Of a DNA stretch of 64,000 nucleotides, positions 9,987 to 18,425 are shown piece by piece. The stretch is taken from assembly GCA_965197395.1 (NCBI GenBank), contig OZ240205.1:1787107-1851106 (forward strand), read 5' to 3'. Below the pieces are notes generated by a model. The model was not told where the DNA came from, searched no databases, and was given only the letters and a program-made list of their open reading frames with translations. Numbering within the stretch: position 1 is the first letter of the stretch; each line of letters opens with the position of its first letter. The position numbers were made by a program, and so were the translations under genes. Source of the stretch: Vicinamibacterales bacterium. Its GTDB lineage: Bacteria; Acidobacteriota; Vicinamibacteria; Vicinamibacterales; UBA8438.

Positions 9987-11264
9987 TCACAGGGTACGCA
10001 AGTGGCTGGGAATGTGCGCAGGAATATCGAGGTCACCGACGGTCAGGTAGATCATGTCGGCGAAGTCGTCCAGGTGGCGATAACCGGACGCCCGGTTCTT
10101 GACGATCTTGATAATGCGATTCAAGCCCTCGCCGACGGCATTCGTCAGCGGCCTGTCGATGAAGGCCATGATGTGCGTGAGGTGCGTCCGCAGTGTCCCG
10201 ACAAACGTGCGCAACGTCGGGATGCGGCTGCGCAACGCGGCGGTCATCCAGCGTCTGAGGAACTTCGTCGCCGAGGCCCGATAGCGGTAGTTCCAGAAGT
10301 GCTCAAACTCGTCCTTGAGCACCCAGGCGCGATGAATGCGCCGATTGGAGTTCCGCAAGCGATTGAGGAACCGGGTATGGCCCTTGGTCCGGTGTCTGGA
10401 GTGCCTGCTGAGCAGCCACCGCAGCCCCTTGATCGCCTTGCGCCCCGGCGTGTCGAGAGCCCGCCACTGTTCCTTGCGGACTTCGTCCACGGCCTGGTTT
10501 AGCGCTTTGACGAGATGGAAGCGGTCGAGGACGAGCGTGACCTCGGGACAGTGATCGGTGATCGCCCCGATATAGGCGGGGCTCATGTCGCAACTGGCCC
10601 AGGCGACCCGCGTTTTCTGCCCCGGGCTCAGCCAGTCGTTGAAGAAGCGATCGATGGTGTCGCGGCCCTTGCCCGGGCCGACCCACAGGACGCGCGCGCG
10701 GTCCAGGTCGTAGACGAGGGTGGCGAACTTGCGGCCCTTGCAGTAGGAGATCTCGTCGACGCCGAGCGTGGTCAGGCCTCGGATTTTGTGCCCGTGGCGC
10801 ACCCGCGTGATGACTCGGTGCAGCAGGTTGGACAGGGTCGAGGTCGGGAGCCGCAGGATCTCGGCCGCCGCCTGCTGCGTCATGATCTGGCACAGGGCGC
10901 AGAGGCGCCACTCCAGGCGGTAGGTGACGCGGGCATAGGCCGGCGCCCAGGGGATCTCCTCCTGCACGCGCCCATGGGTGGGGCACTGGATCTCTTTCGG
11001 GGCATACCAGAGCACGATGCGCAGGCCCATGACCGCCACATCCTCCCACCGCCGTCGCTCGCTTGTCTGGTGCACGATTCGGCCGCGCCGCCCACACGCC
11101 GGGCAGCGGCAGCCGTTCTTGTACGGCTTGACCGCCAGATGGAGCTCCGTGTCGCGATGCATGAACCGAACATGCGTGACCTTCAGACTCTTGAGACGTA
11201 GGATCGTGCGCAGCAACTTCAGGTTGCTCACGGGCTTCTCCTCCTTCCTGTCGACGGCAATCAA
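9987..11264 (-). CDS. ISL3-family transposase
   Basis: 425 aa. N-terminal zinc ribbon (CRCPACGRRG ... CPTHG), then LGVDEISYCKGRKFATLVYD, ASCDMSPAY, LDRFHLVKA and GLNRIIKIVKNRASGYR. Confidence 0.9.
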   Translation of the reverse strand: MIAVDRKEEKPVSNLKLLRTILRLKSLKVTHVRFMHRDTELHLAVKPYKNGCRCPACGRRGRIVHQTSERRRWEDVAVMGLRIVLWYAPKEIQCPTHGRVQEEIPWAPAYARVTYRLEWRLCALCQIMTQQAAAEILRLPTSTLSNLLHRVITRVRHGHKIRGLTTLGVDEISYCKGRKFATLVYDLDRARVLWVGPGKGRDTIDRFFNDWLSPGQKTRVAWASCDMSPAYIGAITDHCPEVTLVLDRFHLVKALNQAVDEVRKEQWRALDTPGRKAIKGLRWLLSRHSRHRTKGHTRFLNRLRNSNRRIHRAWVLKDEFEHFWNYRYRASATKFLRRWMTAALRSRIPTLRTFVGTLRTHLTHIMAFIDRPLTNAVGEGLNRIIKIVKNRASGYRHLDDFADMIYLTVGDLDIPAHIPSHLRTL

Positions 11265-11322
11265 CAGAGGGAATGAAGCCCGTGTTTACATGCAGCAATC
11301 AAGTCATTGCATCAGCTAAACG

Positions 11323-12171
11323 GGTTCCTCTCAGGGATCGGTGCAGCTTTGGCCGGTTCCATGGCTAATAAGTCAAGCATTGTCATCGACTTACGTGGCT
11401 GGAGAACACCGTCTGTATCTGGAGAGGAACTGCAGGCTCTCGGAAAGTCCGGCCCACGGTACACGGCGGAAATCGCGAGGGGCCTGCCAGTGCCAAGGGG
11501 CTGAACAGTCAGCGAGGGTTCGGCCCAGCGGTAAAACGTCGGCGAAAGTCCAGGCCGCGTTCCACGAGTGTTCATGGTTCGTCGCCCTGTAAATGCCAGC
11601 GCCTCAGCACCTTGAGGTGGGACCGGCTGCCGTCGAGCAGGCCCCCCACCAAAAGCGGGGCCCGCGCAGGCGGCCGTCGACTGAGCGATAGACGACTTCA
11701 CCGCTGATTCGCGGGCACGAACACATCCGCAGCCTCTTTCCACGGCGTGGCTGACCTGCTGGGGGCTGAATCGGGGTCTATCCGGGTTTCCCAACGCCAT
11801 TTTGGGGCCTTTCGGGGTTTTTCGTGGGTGATTTGATTGGAAAGGCCCTGTGGGAGCTCGTGGAAAACGCACAGCGTTTTCCAAGGCACGGTGGGCGCGT
11901 TCTGTGCGTCCACGGCGCCGTCAGCTTCCACAGGGCCCGTCCGTGCGCGACAAGATGGCTCCCAGGGAGGGGGCCCATGCGTGATGTCGAACTGGACCGC
12001 TGCGTCCTCGGACTGCAGTCGACCGGCGAACAACTATGTTCGCGTCAACACCGTCGACCTGTACACGCCGAACGCTCGATTTACCCCGGAAAGACTGGGA
12101 TATCAGGTGCTTACGCTATTTGGGAAACTCGGATATAGCCCTGAATCGTGCACACATTTGTGTGAGGAACC
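11323..12171 (+). mobile_element. MITE-2 (474 bp when the nested MITE-1 is removed), inserted in the IS 58 nt upstream of the transposase start
   Basis: Termini GGTTCCTCTCAGG / GGTTCCTCACACA (inverted). Exact 8-bp duplication GCTAAACG at 11315-11322 and 12172-12179. Confidence 0.75.
11774..12140 (+). mobile_element. MITE-1, a non-autonomous derivative carrying both ISL3 ends, nested in MITE-2
   Basis: Ends are GGGTCTATCCGGGTTTCCCAA and GGCTATATCCGAGTTTCCCAA (reverse complement). Exact 8-bp duplication CTGAATCG at 11766-11773 and 12141-12148. Confidence 0.75.
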
Positions 12172-12488
12172 GCTAAACGTCTTTGGCAAACCCGGATAGA
12201 CCCCAGATATTCACCAGACGCTTCCGGATGGTACCGGTCCGTTGCGGCGTTTTCCCGAGCTAGAGGTGGCACTGCTCGAGCTGGGCGCCACCTCACCCCT
12301 ATTGGCTGCCCATGGTAGCCCGTGTAGATCTGATAGCGATGGTCTTCAACCGTCGTGCGAACGCGGATGCTGGTGGGTCCGGTGACTTCCACCCGTAACT
12401 CGGCGCCGTTCTGCAAGACGAACGCGTCACTGGCATTCAGCAGGTTGGTGACGTGCCGACGTCCGAACAGTCGTTGTCCAATCAGCAG

Positions 12489-13097
12489 CTAAACAGTGCC
12501 GTTTCCCTCTACCTCTTTCAACAAGCGCTCAATTGACGCTCGCTCTGGCACCAGGTTCTTGCGCACATGTCGACAATTGATATGAACGATGACAACCAAC
12601 AGTGCAACGCAGGCGGCAATGTAAGCGGTTCGAAACCTTTCTAAGAAACCTTCGAACCCGACAACGACGACGGTGAGCGGTATCATTATGGGCAGGCCGT
12701 ACCACCACAGCACTCTCGTCAGTAACCCGATCTGATGGTCGACGGCGTCTCGAGATTTCTCCAGTGACCCGCGTATCGAATCGCTCTCTAGCGGTGCTGT
12801 TGCGCGGGACTTGATACGCTCGCGCACAAAGACCCCGCTGACAAGCCAGCACGCGACACCCAACGCGATCCAATCCCATCGTATGGTCCCGGGCAAATCG
12901 AAGGCGCCCTCGTAAAGGCAGCCCAGGCCAACCAGCACACCAACAGTTAACTCGGCCCAGTCGCGATGCCGCGCCTGGCGTGCAAGACTCGTATTCTGTC
13001 CTTTGACTAGCCTGTGTAGGCTCGCTTCATCGATGCTAAAGCGATGCGTGCCCTCATCCCTCTTCCACAGCATTTGGGCGAACTCTAAGTCCATCAC
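12489..13097 (-). CDS. membrane protein, possible anti-sigma partner of the upstream ECF sigma
   Basis: 202 aa with about four TM segments. A 4-nt overlap with the sigma gene stop suggests co-translation. No recognisable anti-sigma motif. Confidence 0.5.
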   Translation of the reverse strand: MMDLEFAQMLWKRDEGTHRFSIDEASLHRLVKGQNTSLARQARHRDWAELTVGVLVGLGCLYEGAFDLPGTIRWDWIALGVACWLVSGVFVRERIKSRATAPLESDSIRGSLEKSRDAVDHQIGLLTRVLWWYGLPIMIPLTVVVVGFEGFLERFRTAYIAACVALLVVIVHINCRHVRKNLVPERASIERLLKEVEGNGTV

Positions 13098-13588
13098 TCG
13101 TCCTCCAGCAGTGTCTTGAGTCGGAACTTCATGCGGTTGATCTTCACACCGACGGAACTCTTGGAGATTCCTAAGATGGTCGCCATGTCCTCATAGCTAT
13201 TGCCATCCAAGTAGAGTAAGGCCAGCGAGCGATCGACCAACTGCATGGTTCTGATCTGCGCATACAGCCAATCCAGCTGTTGGTCCCGCTCCGGATCAAA
13301 GCGCACCCAACCATCCCATGACTCTAATGGCTTGGTTCTTGGTTGCCGATCCGTGCGCCGCCGATGGCTGATGGCTGTGTTCAGTGCTACTCGGTAGATC
13401 CATGTTGATTCTGCCGAGCGCTGGTCAAACTTCTCGATAGAGCGCCACAACGCGAGAGCAATCTCTTGAAACAGATCTTCCTGAGCGTCGAGATGCGGTG
13501 CGTAAATCATAACGACGCGGTAGATGAGCGCTCTGTATTGTTTGAGCCACCGCTCAAACTGCGCGTCGTATGTATTCAAGGGCCGCAT
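13094..13588 (-). CDS. ECF-type RNA polymerase sigma factor
   Basis: Region 2 (DLFQEIALALWRSIEKFDQRSAESTWIYRVALNTAISHRRR) and region 4 HTH (SYEDMATILGISKSSVGVKINRMKFRL). Confidence 0.8.
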   Translation of the reverse strand: MRPLNTYDAQFERWLKQYRALIYRVVMIYAPHLDAQEDLFQEIALALWRSIEKFDQRSAESTWIYRVALNTAISHRRRTDRQPRTKPLESWDGWVRFDPERDQQLDWLYAQIRTMQLVDRSLALLYLDGNSYEDMATILGISKSSVGVKINRMKFRLKTLLEDE

Positions 13589-14592
13589 TCCCCATTTCGT
13601 TCTGGAACGTTAGTCGCCAGGGTGGGGGTTTTCTTACATCAATGAGCCCCCCCCTTTTGACACACCGACGGCCGCAGCCAACGTCAGTTGCACGTCGAAC
13701 GCGGACGGAGCTCACGAGGCTCGCGAGGCCGCAAGGTCGTGCGACAAAGAATTGCTGCTGGCGGACGGCTGTTCGTATGTGACGATCCGCCGCCGGGTCG
13801 ACTGCGCGATGCTGACCTGGGCGCCGCCCTTTATGCCAGATTGGTGGTTACAGAACGGAGTACAGTTCCCCCCCGGACTCTAAACCCAACCGCTACTGAA
13901 GGCGGGGGGACGTCGGGCGCTTCCTGGCCGGCTACGTACGCGGGGCGCCCCGCCGGCGTTCCGGTGGCCACCGGCTGGGCCACGGAGCGACCCGCGAGCG
14001 AAACCAGGGCGCAGCCGACCCCGAGAGCGACCATGGCCGGGGTAGAGCGACGGGCAGACATGAGTCATCGAAATATAGTCGTGCGTCCAGCAAAGGCTGG
14101 CGCGTTCAGCGGGAGACAGTCCCGCCGGAGCAAGAGCCAGGAGCTCCGTAGCCTGGATGGCAGGGAGGAGGGAAACCGAGGCTCTGAAGCCCATCGACGA
14201 CCCACCCATGGGGTGGCAGCGAGTCATCGGGCCGTAACGAATGTGAACGCAGAGGTGGCCCCGAAAGTCATGGCCCCGGAGGCCGAGCCCCCGACTATTG
14301 GGCGAAGGCAGCATCACGTGTCGCACACTGGCTGACGCGGCACGTGGCTCCGGCGGGGTGGGAGCGACGGCACGATGACAAGGACGCGTCGAGCAACTGG
14401 AGAAGCCCTCCTCGTCCTGTCGCGAAATCGGCAGAGCTAGGTAGGTCGTATAACCGGCAGCCCGGGAAGTCGACCGAAGACGAGAGGGTGGCGGAGGGGC
14501 TTGTAGTAGCACAGAAGCGGGGTAATGCCCGTGGAGCGAAGGAGCCCTGCTGTCTCGGCAGCACCTCCGGCAACATGGAAGGCAGGGGCGAG

Positions 14593-15903
14593 ATGACGAA
14601 GGCGCCCATCACGCTGCAAGACCTGAGACGGAGGATATACGTCAAGGCGAAGGCTGAACCGTCTTGGCGGTTCTGGGGCCTGTACGCCCACGTCTGCAAA
14701 ACCGACACGCTCCACGCGGCCTACTCACTGGCCAAAGCGAACAAGGGGGCCCCTGGCAGTGACGGGGTCACCTTCGCGGCCATCGAGGCGGACGGGGTGG
14801 CAGGGTTTGTTGAGCAGTTGCGGGCCGAACTGGTTACCCGCACGTATCGTCCCATGCGCAATCGACGGAAGGCGATACCGAAGGACGGCGGCAAGAAGGT
14901 CCGCGTGCTGTCGATACCGGCCATCCGCGACCGCGTGGTCCAGGGAGCCCTCAAGCTCATCCTGGAACCTATCTTCGAGGCAGATTTCCAACCGGGTTCG
15001 TTCGGCTATCGGCCCCAGCGGACGGCGCATGCAGCGGTGCAGCGAGTCGCCCAAGGCATCGTGCAATACAAGACCCGCGTCATCGACGTGGACCTTGCCG
15101 CCTACTTCGACAATGTGCGGCACCACCTGCTCTTGGCGAAGGTGGCTCGACGGGTCAACGACGCGGACGTGCTGGGCTTGGTGAAGCTGATGCTGAAGGC
15201 GTCGGGCAAGAAGGGCGTTCCCCAAGGCGGGGTGATTTCACCCTTGCTCAGCAACCTCTACCTCAACGAGGTGGACCGGATGCTCGAGCGCGCCAAGGAG
15301 GTCACGCGGAACGGGAAGTACACATACCTCGAGTATGCGCGCTTCGCCGATGATCTCGTGATCTTGGTGGATGCCTACCGCCGGCATGACTGGTTGCTCA
15401 CGGCCGTGGACCGACGCCTCCGGGAGGAATTCGCCAACCTCCAGGTCACGATCAACGAGGAGAAGAGTCAGACCATCGACTTGGCCCGTGGGGACAGCTT
15501 CGGATTCCTCGGCTTCGCGTTCCGTCGGGTTCGCAGCCGTACTGGCACGTGGCGAGCGCATTACACGCCGCGGGTGAAAGCCCGTACAGCGCTCCTGCGT
15601 AAGCTGAAGGACATCTTCCGACGCCATCGGTCCCAGCCCATCGACCGTGTGGTGACTCTCATCAACCCGGTTCTACGGGGATGGGTCACCTACTTCGCCG
15701 TCGGGCACTCGAGCCGGTGCTTCTCGTTTGTGAAAAGCTGGGTGGAGAAGAAGGTTCGGCGTCATTTGATGCGTGCCCGGAACCGCCAGGGTTTTGGGTG
15801 GCACCGGTGGAGTCGGCGGTGGGTGTATGACGTGCTCGGTCTGTTCAACGCGTACCGAGTCCGTCGTGTGGTCCCCCCGCTGACAGCGGGTGCCACTCGA
15901 TAG
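14593..15903 (+). CDS. group II intron reverse transcriptase/maturase
   Basis: MTKAPITLQDLRRRIY ... APGSDGVTF ... RKAIPKDGGKKVRVLSIPAIRDRVVQ ... ARFADDLVILV (YADD variant) ... RGWVTYF (domain X). No endonuclease domain. Start chosen at ATG 14593. Confidence 0.9.
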   Translation: MTKAPITLQDLRRRIYVKAKAEPSWRFWGLYAHVCKTDTLHAAYSLAKANKGAPGSDGVTFAAIEADGVAGFVEQLRAELVTRTYRPMRNRRKAIPKDGGKKVRVLSIPAIRDRVVQGALKLILEPIFEADFQPGSFGYRPQRTAHAAVQRVAQGIVQYKTRVIDVDLAAYFDNVRHHLLLAKVARRVNDADVLGLVKLMLKASGKKGVPQGGVISPLLSNLYLNEVDRMLERAKEVTRNGKYTYLEYARFADDLVILVDAYRRHDWLLTAVDRRLREEFANLQVTINEEKSQTIDLARGDSFGFLGFAFRRVRSRTGTWRAHYTPRVKARTALLRKLKDIFRRHRSQPIDRVVTLINPVLRGWVTYFAVGHSSRCFSFVKSWVEKKVRRHLMRARNRQGFGWHRWSRRWVYDVLGLFNAYRVRRVVPPLTAGATR

Positions 15904-15936
15904 GTCCCATAGCCCTTGACGGGAAGCCGGCAGGTA

Positions 15937-15967
15937 AGCGGAGTGCGGGAAATCCGCACGCTCCGTT
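15937..15967 (+). ncRNA. group II intron domain V
   Basis: AGCGGAGTGCGG-GAAA-TCCGCA-CG-CTCCGTT. It shows the AGC triad paired with GUU, a GNRA-type loop, and a 2-nt bulge on the 3' strand. Confidence 0.6.
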
Positions 15968-16185
15968 TGACGAGGCGGGGCCTGGAAACGGAGCCACGGA
16001 TGACCCTATGCGGGCACGAAGGGGGAAACCCCGGACACAGCCAAGGGGAGTCCTACGGGCCACCGCGCCAGGCCTCGACCCTACCAAAGGCGGTCGGGGA
16101 CGGATTTCTTCCCAACCCGCGTGACGCCACCACCCGTCGTCTGGCACTATAAGGGGTCGTTCCTCGTACTTCTGGGAGAACACGG

Positions 16186-17181
16186 ATGATCAAGAACAGC
16201 CTGGCGGTGGTGTTTGCCTTGACCCTCGTCCTGACGCTCGTCCCGCAGGCGGCGGTGGCGCAGTCTGGCGTTGCCGGGATGCCGATGCGGACGCCGGACG
16301 GCCAGCCTGACGTCTCCGGCATGTTCACCTTCCGGACGATCACGCCGTTCCAGCGTCCCGAGCAGTTCGCCGGGCGCGAAACGCTCAGTGCCGAGGAAGC
16401 CGCGGCGTTCGAGGCGTCAGAGCGTACCCGCCAGAATCGTGACCTCTTTGACCCGGAGAAAGGCTCGGGTGGCTACCGTCCCCGCGCCGACGGCGGGGTG
16501 CTGTCATACAACGAGTTCTGGTACGAGCGCGGAATCGAGCTGACGAGGGACAAGCGGACCGCCCTCGTCATCGACCCGCCGGACGGCCGGCTGCCGCCAC
16601 GCACCGACGCGGCCATCAAGGCTGCCGCGGTCCGGCGCGACTATGTTGAGGAGCACCGCTACGATTCGTACGAGAACCGCAGCTCTGGCGACCGCTGCCT
16701 CATGGGTTTCAACGCTGGCCCGCCGATGCGGTCGAGCGCCTACAACAACAACGTGATGGTGTTCCAGACACCAGGGTATGTGACGATTCTCAACGAGATG
16801 GTGCACAACGCCCGGATCATTCCGATCGACGACAACCCGGATCTCGCGTTCGATCAACGCAGCGGCGTGTCCCGGGCCCACTGGGAGGGTGAGACGCTGG
16901 TCATCGAAACCGACCAGTTCAGCGGCGGGAGTAGCGGCCTGACCTCGACGAGCATGCATCTGGTCGAGCGCCTCACTCGACTCGACCCCGACACTGTCGC
17001 GTACGAGTACACGGTCACCGACCCAACGGTCTACACCGCACCGTATACGGTGATGATGCCGTTCCGTCGAACCGACGGACCGCTCTTCGAGTACGCCTGC
17101 CACGAAGGCAACATCGGCCTGCATGGCATCCTTGCCGGCGCACGGCAGCTCGAGGCCGACGGACGGAAGCTCCGTCCCTGA
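16186..17181 (+). CDS. secreted protein of the expanded uncharacterised family (short form)
   Basis: Signal peptide, DGQPDVSGMFTF, TALVIDPPDGRLPP, DRCLMGFNAGPPM, EMVHNARIIPID, WEGETLVIETDQF, FEYACHEGNIG. Confidence 0.8.
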   Translation: MIKNSLAVVFALTLVLTLVPQAAVAQSGVAGMPMRTPDGQPDVSGMFTFRTITPFQRPEQFAGRETLSAEEAAAFEASERTRQNRDLFDPEKGSGGYRPRADGGVLSYNEFWYERGIELTRDKRTALVIDPPDGRLPPRTDAAIKAAAVRRDYVEEHRYDSYENRSSGDRCLMGFNAGPPMRSSAYNNNVMVFQTPGYVTILNEMVHNARIIPIDDNPDLAFDQRSGVSRAHWEGETLVIETDQFSGGSSGLTSTSMHLVERLTRLDPDTVAYEYTVTDPTVYTAPYTVMMPFRRTDGPLFEYACHEGNIGLHGILAGARQLEADGRKLRP

Positions 17182-17298
17182 GGCACATCGCGCGCTCACT
17201 GGCGCGTTCAGCCGCGCGGGGTAGTCGAAGGCGAGAGCAGTAGACTCGCCGAAGGTTGACCGATTGGCCCGTGCGCCAACTGAGCAACCGACACGTCA

Positions 17299-17895
17299 AT
17301 GGTGACGGAGGTCGATGTCTTCTTCAGGGATCTCGATGGCGTGTTTTACAAACTCGTCGAGCGGGCACCGCCGCACGGGGATCCGGACGCGGCGATGCAC
17401 ATCACCGCGATGCCGTATGTTGCGCTGAACGTGACAGATTTCGAACGCTCCTACGCGTTCTACCGCATGCTCGGTTACACAGAGACTGTCCGGTTGCCGG
17501 AAACAGGAACGCTCGAGGAAGCCCGGGCGTACGGCCTCGACCGGCCATTCCGGATTCGGGGCGCGGACATGGCGCTGCCGCGGGGGGACCGGCACGGCAT
17601 CCGCCTCGTGCAATGGCTCGAGCCGGACGACGACGACCCACCCTATCCGCCCCCGATCAGCCACATCGGTATCGATCGGCTGGCAGTGTCCGTACTCGAC
17701 CTCGACAGGGCCGTGGAGATGCTGGCATCTCGGGGCGAAGCGTTTCTCTCCGAGATCGCTCCCTGTTGCTCTGGCACCGGCCTGGATGAGATGGGGATCA
17801 TCAATCTCACTGATCCGGACGGCATCTTCATCGAGTTGGTCGGGCCCATTCAGCGTCGAGAACCTCCGACGCCGCCTGAGTGGTGTCGGCAGTAA
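17299..17895 (+). CDS. VOC-family (glyoxalase/bleomycin-resistance/dioxygenase fold) protein
   Basis: YVALNVTDFERSYAFYRMLGY ... HIGIDRLAVSVLDLDRAVEMLASRG ... LTDPDGIFIELV. The true start is probably an internal Met (~17392). Confidence 0.65.
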   Translation: MVTEVDVFFRDLDGVFYKLVERAPPHGDPDAAMHITAMPYVALNVTDFERSYAFYRMLGYTETVRLPETGTLEEARAYGLDRPFRIRGADMALPRGDRHGIRLVQWLEPDDDDPPYPPPISHIGIDRLAVSVLDLDRAVEMLASRGEAFLSEIAPCCSGTGLDEMGIINLTDPDGIFIELVGPIQRREPPTPPEWCRQ

Positions 17896-17985
17896 TGACG
17901 TCCGGGTAGGTCGATGCACGCCGCCGACCCATCAGCGGCACGCGGAGTCGCTCAACGCGGAGTGTCGAGGGTCGGCCGGGAGCAG

Positions 17986-18297
17986 CTACTTCGCGGCCTT
18001 TCGCTTCGCAGCCCAATACGCCTTCATCCGCTTGGCCACGGCTTTCCTGCCCGCCGCCGACATCGTGCGACGCTTCTTCTTTGGCTTGGCCGCTGCCTTC
18101 TTGTTGGCCCAATGCGCCTTCAGCTTCTTGGCCAGGGCCTTGCGCGCCGCAGCAGACATCTTTCTGCGACGCTTGCGCTTCTTGGCTGTGGTCTTCCCGC
18201 CGATGATGCTGGCGGCTCGTTGGAGGGCATCGATATCGGCCTGCAGTTGTCCGATGGCGGCTTGCTTGGAGGCGATGGCTTTGGTGAGGTCGGTCAT
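17986..18297 (-). CDS. small highly basic Lys/Ala-rich protein with duplicated motif
   Basis: 103 aa. N-terminal coiled coil, then two copies of K-R-R-x-MSAA-x-RKA-x-AK-x-x-KA-x-WA-x-K. Confidence 0.55.
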   Translation of the reverse strand: MTDLTKAIASKQAAIGQLQADIDALQRAASIIGGKTTAKKRKRRRKMSAAARKALAKKLKAHWANKKAAAKPKKKRRTMSAAGRKAVAKRMKAYWAAKRKAAK

Positions 18298-18425
18298 GAG
18301 TTGAGCCTATCGACGGACCCGACGAGGTGTCAACCGACATGGTCAGGCAAGGAACGGTCGACGGCTGTTGACAAGCCTGTCCCGAGCGCCCACGATTCGT
18401 TCCATCGCGTGAGAGGACAGAGACG

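Larger units (their letters stand above)
9918..12203 (-). mobile_element. ISL3-family insertion sequence carrying two nested MITEs
   Basis: Ends are GGCTATATCCGAATTTCCCAA (9918..) and GGGTCTATCCGGGTTTGCCAA (reverse complement, ending 12203). Exact 8-bp target duplication CAGATATT at 9910-9917 and 12204-12211. Confidence 0.85.
14081..16084 (+). mobile_element. group II intron (5' end well defined; 3' end approximate)
   Basis: GTGCG at 14081, ~510 nt of structured leader, the RT/maturase ORF, then domain V at 15937-15967. Domain VI and the 3' splice site are not resolved (candidate ...CCCTAC ending ~16084). Confidence 0.7.

Noticed and set aside
11307-11504. Small ORF (MANKSSIVIDLRGWRTPSVSGEELQALGKSGPRYTAEIARGLPVPRG) present three times in the window
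   Set aside because: It lies inside MITE-2, where several frames on both strands are open. No RBS or known fold was seen. The conservation is explained by DNA-level identity of a recently mobile element.
11441-11556. RNase P RNA-like strings in MITE-2 (CGGAAAGTCCGGCC, GGTAAAAC, GCGAAAGTCCAGGCC)
   Set aside because: Only the CR-I-like and CR-III-like words are present. There is no ACAGAACCCGGCTTA-type CR-V partner for the P4 helix. The element is multi-copy with terminal repeats and target duplications, which is not expected for rnpB.
13737-13741. Alternative group II intron 5' end (GTGCGAC at 13737)
   Set aside because: It would give about 860 nt before the RT ORF, longer than usual. GTGCG at 14081 gives about 510 nt, and DIII-like sequences lie at the expected distance from the ORF.
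13831-14061. 76-aa minus-strand ORF with a signal-peptide-like N-terminus
   Set aside because: It is short, has no homology I can recognise, and lies in decayed DNA next to the intron. It could be a remnant. Not enough support to call a gene.
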